Source: Squalus acanthias | Taxonomy: Eukaryota | Length of the DNA: 64,000 bases | Assembly: GCA_030390025.1 (NCBI GenBank) | Contig: CM059433.1 | Location: forward strand, 16,990,001 to 17,054,000 | Reading direction: 5' to 3' | Shown: one piece after another, positions 63,591 through 64,000 of the stretch | How the letters are laid out: the number at the start of each line of letters is the position of its first letter | How positions within the stretch are numbered: position 1 is the first letter of the stretch | The notes under the pieces: model-generated | Database searches by the model: none | What the model saw: only the letters and a program-made list of their open reading frames with translations | What the model was told of the DNA's origin: nothing | Translations under genes and position numbers: made by a program

Positions 63591-64000
63591 CTTTATTACG
63601 GGCAAGCTACGGGCGCCAGGCGCGGCCCGAGAGGCAGCTCGGCGGTCATGGTGGGACGGGGGCTGCAAGATGAGTCGGCTCAATGCTAACTGAGGTCTTC
63701 AGGAGAGCTTGGTGTGGGAAAGGCAATCGGGAAGGGGGTGGGGGCGAGCAGCGGCCCGTGAATTTAACGTGGAGTCAGGAGGAGCACTCCTGCTCCTCCC
63801 AGCTCCCCAATAAGGCAAGGAAAAAACTTCAAACTTAATTTTCGGGTGGCAACCTCCAGCGGTCCCTTTAAGCGCCTGAAGAAACTGGCCGCAGCTTGCG
63901 CCCTGGATACCCGAGGAGGAGCCCAAACCAATGTGGCAGGTGCTGCACTTCCAGCGTGGAATGAGAACGTGCACGCTGGACCTTTGGTAGGGGCCCGTGT

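Noticed and set aside
1..64000. CRISPR arrays, operons or prokaryotic defence systems
   Set aside because: No repeat-spacer arrays and no gene-dense organisation; the sequence is intron- and repeat-rich vertebrate DNA.

Overview
Eukaryotic DNA, not prokaryotic. The repeat content (CR1, L2, Tx1 and other LINEs, Deu-type and LF-SINE-like SINEs, Penelope-like elements, Harbinger transposons) suggests a vertebrate, most likely a cartilaginous fish; this is inference. Host genes: the first two coding exons and promoter of a TDRP-family gene on the minus strand (8031-8102, 7004-7063), and two in-phase minus-strand 3' exons (62672-62748, 53698-53856) of a gene I cannot identify, predicted to encode a small protein with a hydrophobic C-terminal segment. 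Much of the rest is transposon-derived. The most notable structure is a set of Penelope-derived fold-back (palindromic) insertions from two families. They have target-site duplications, a 30-40 nt unpaired tail and minimal type I hammerhead ribozymes; one near-perfect 344-bp palindrome lies in the TDRP intron. Also present: a decayed autonomous Harbinger (transposase plus Myb/SANT gene) with many TIR-bounded MITEs carrying 3-bp TSDs, a multi-layer nested insertion, a locally templated 32-nt insertion at a Penelope 5' junction, and an ORF1-to-tail deleted CR1. All family names come from my recognition of the sequence; no database searches were run.
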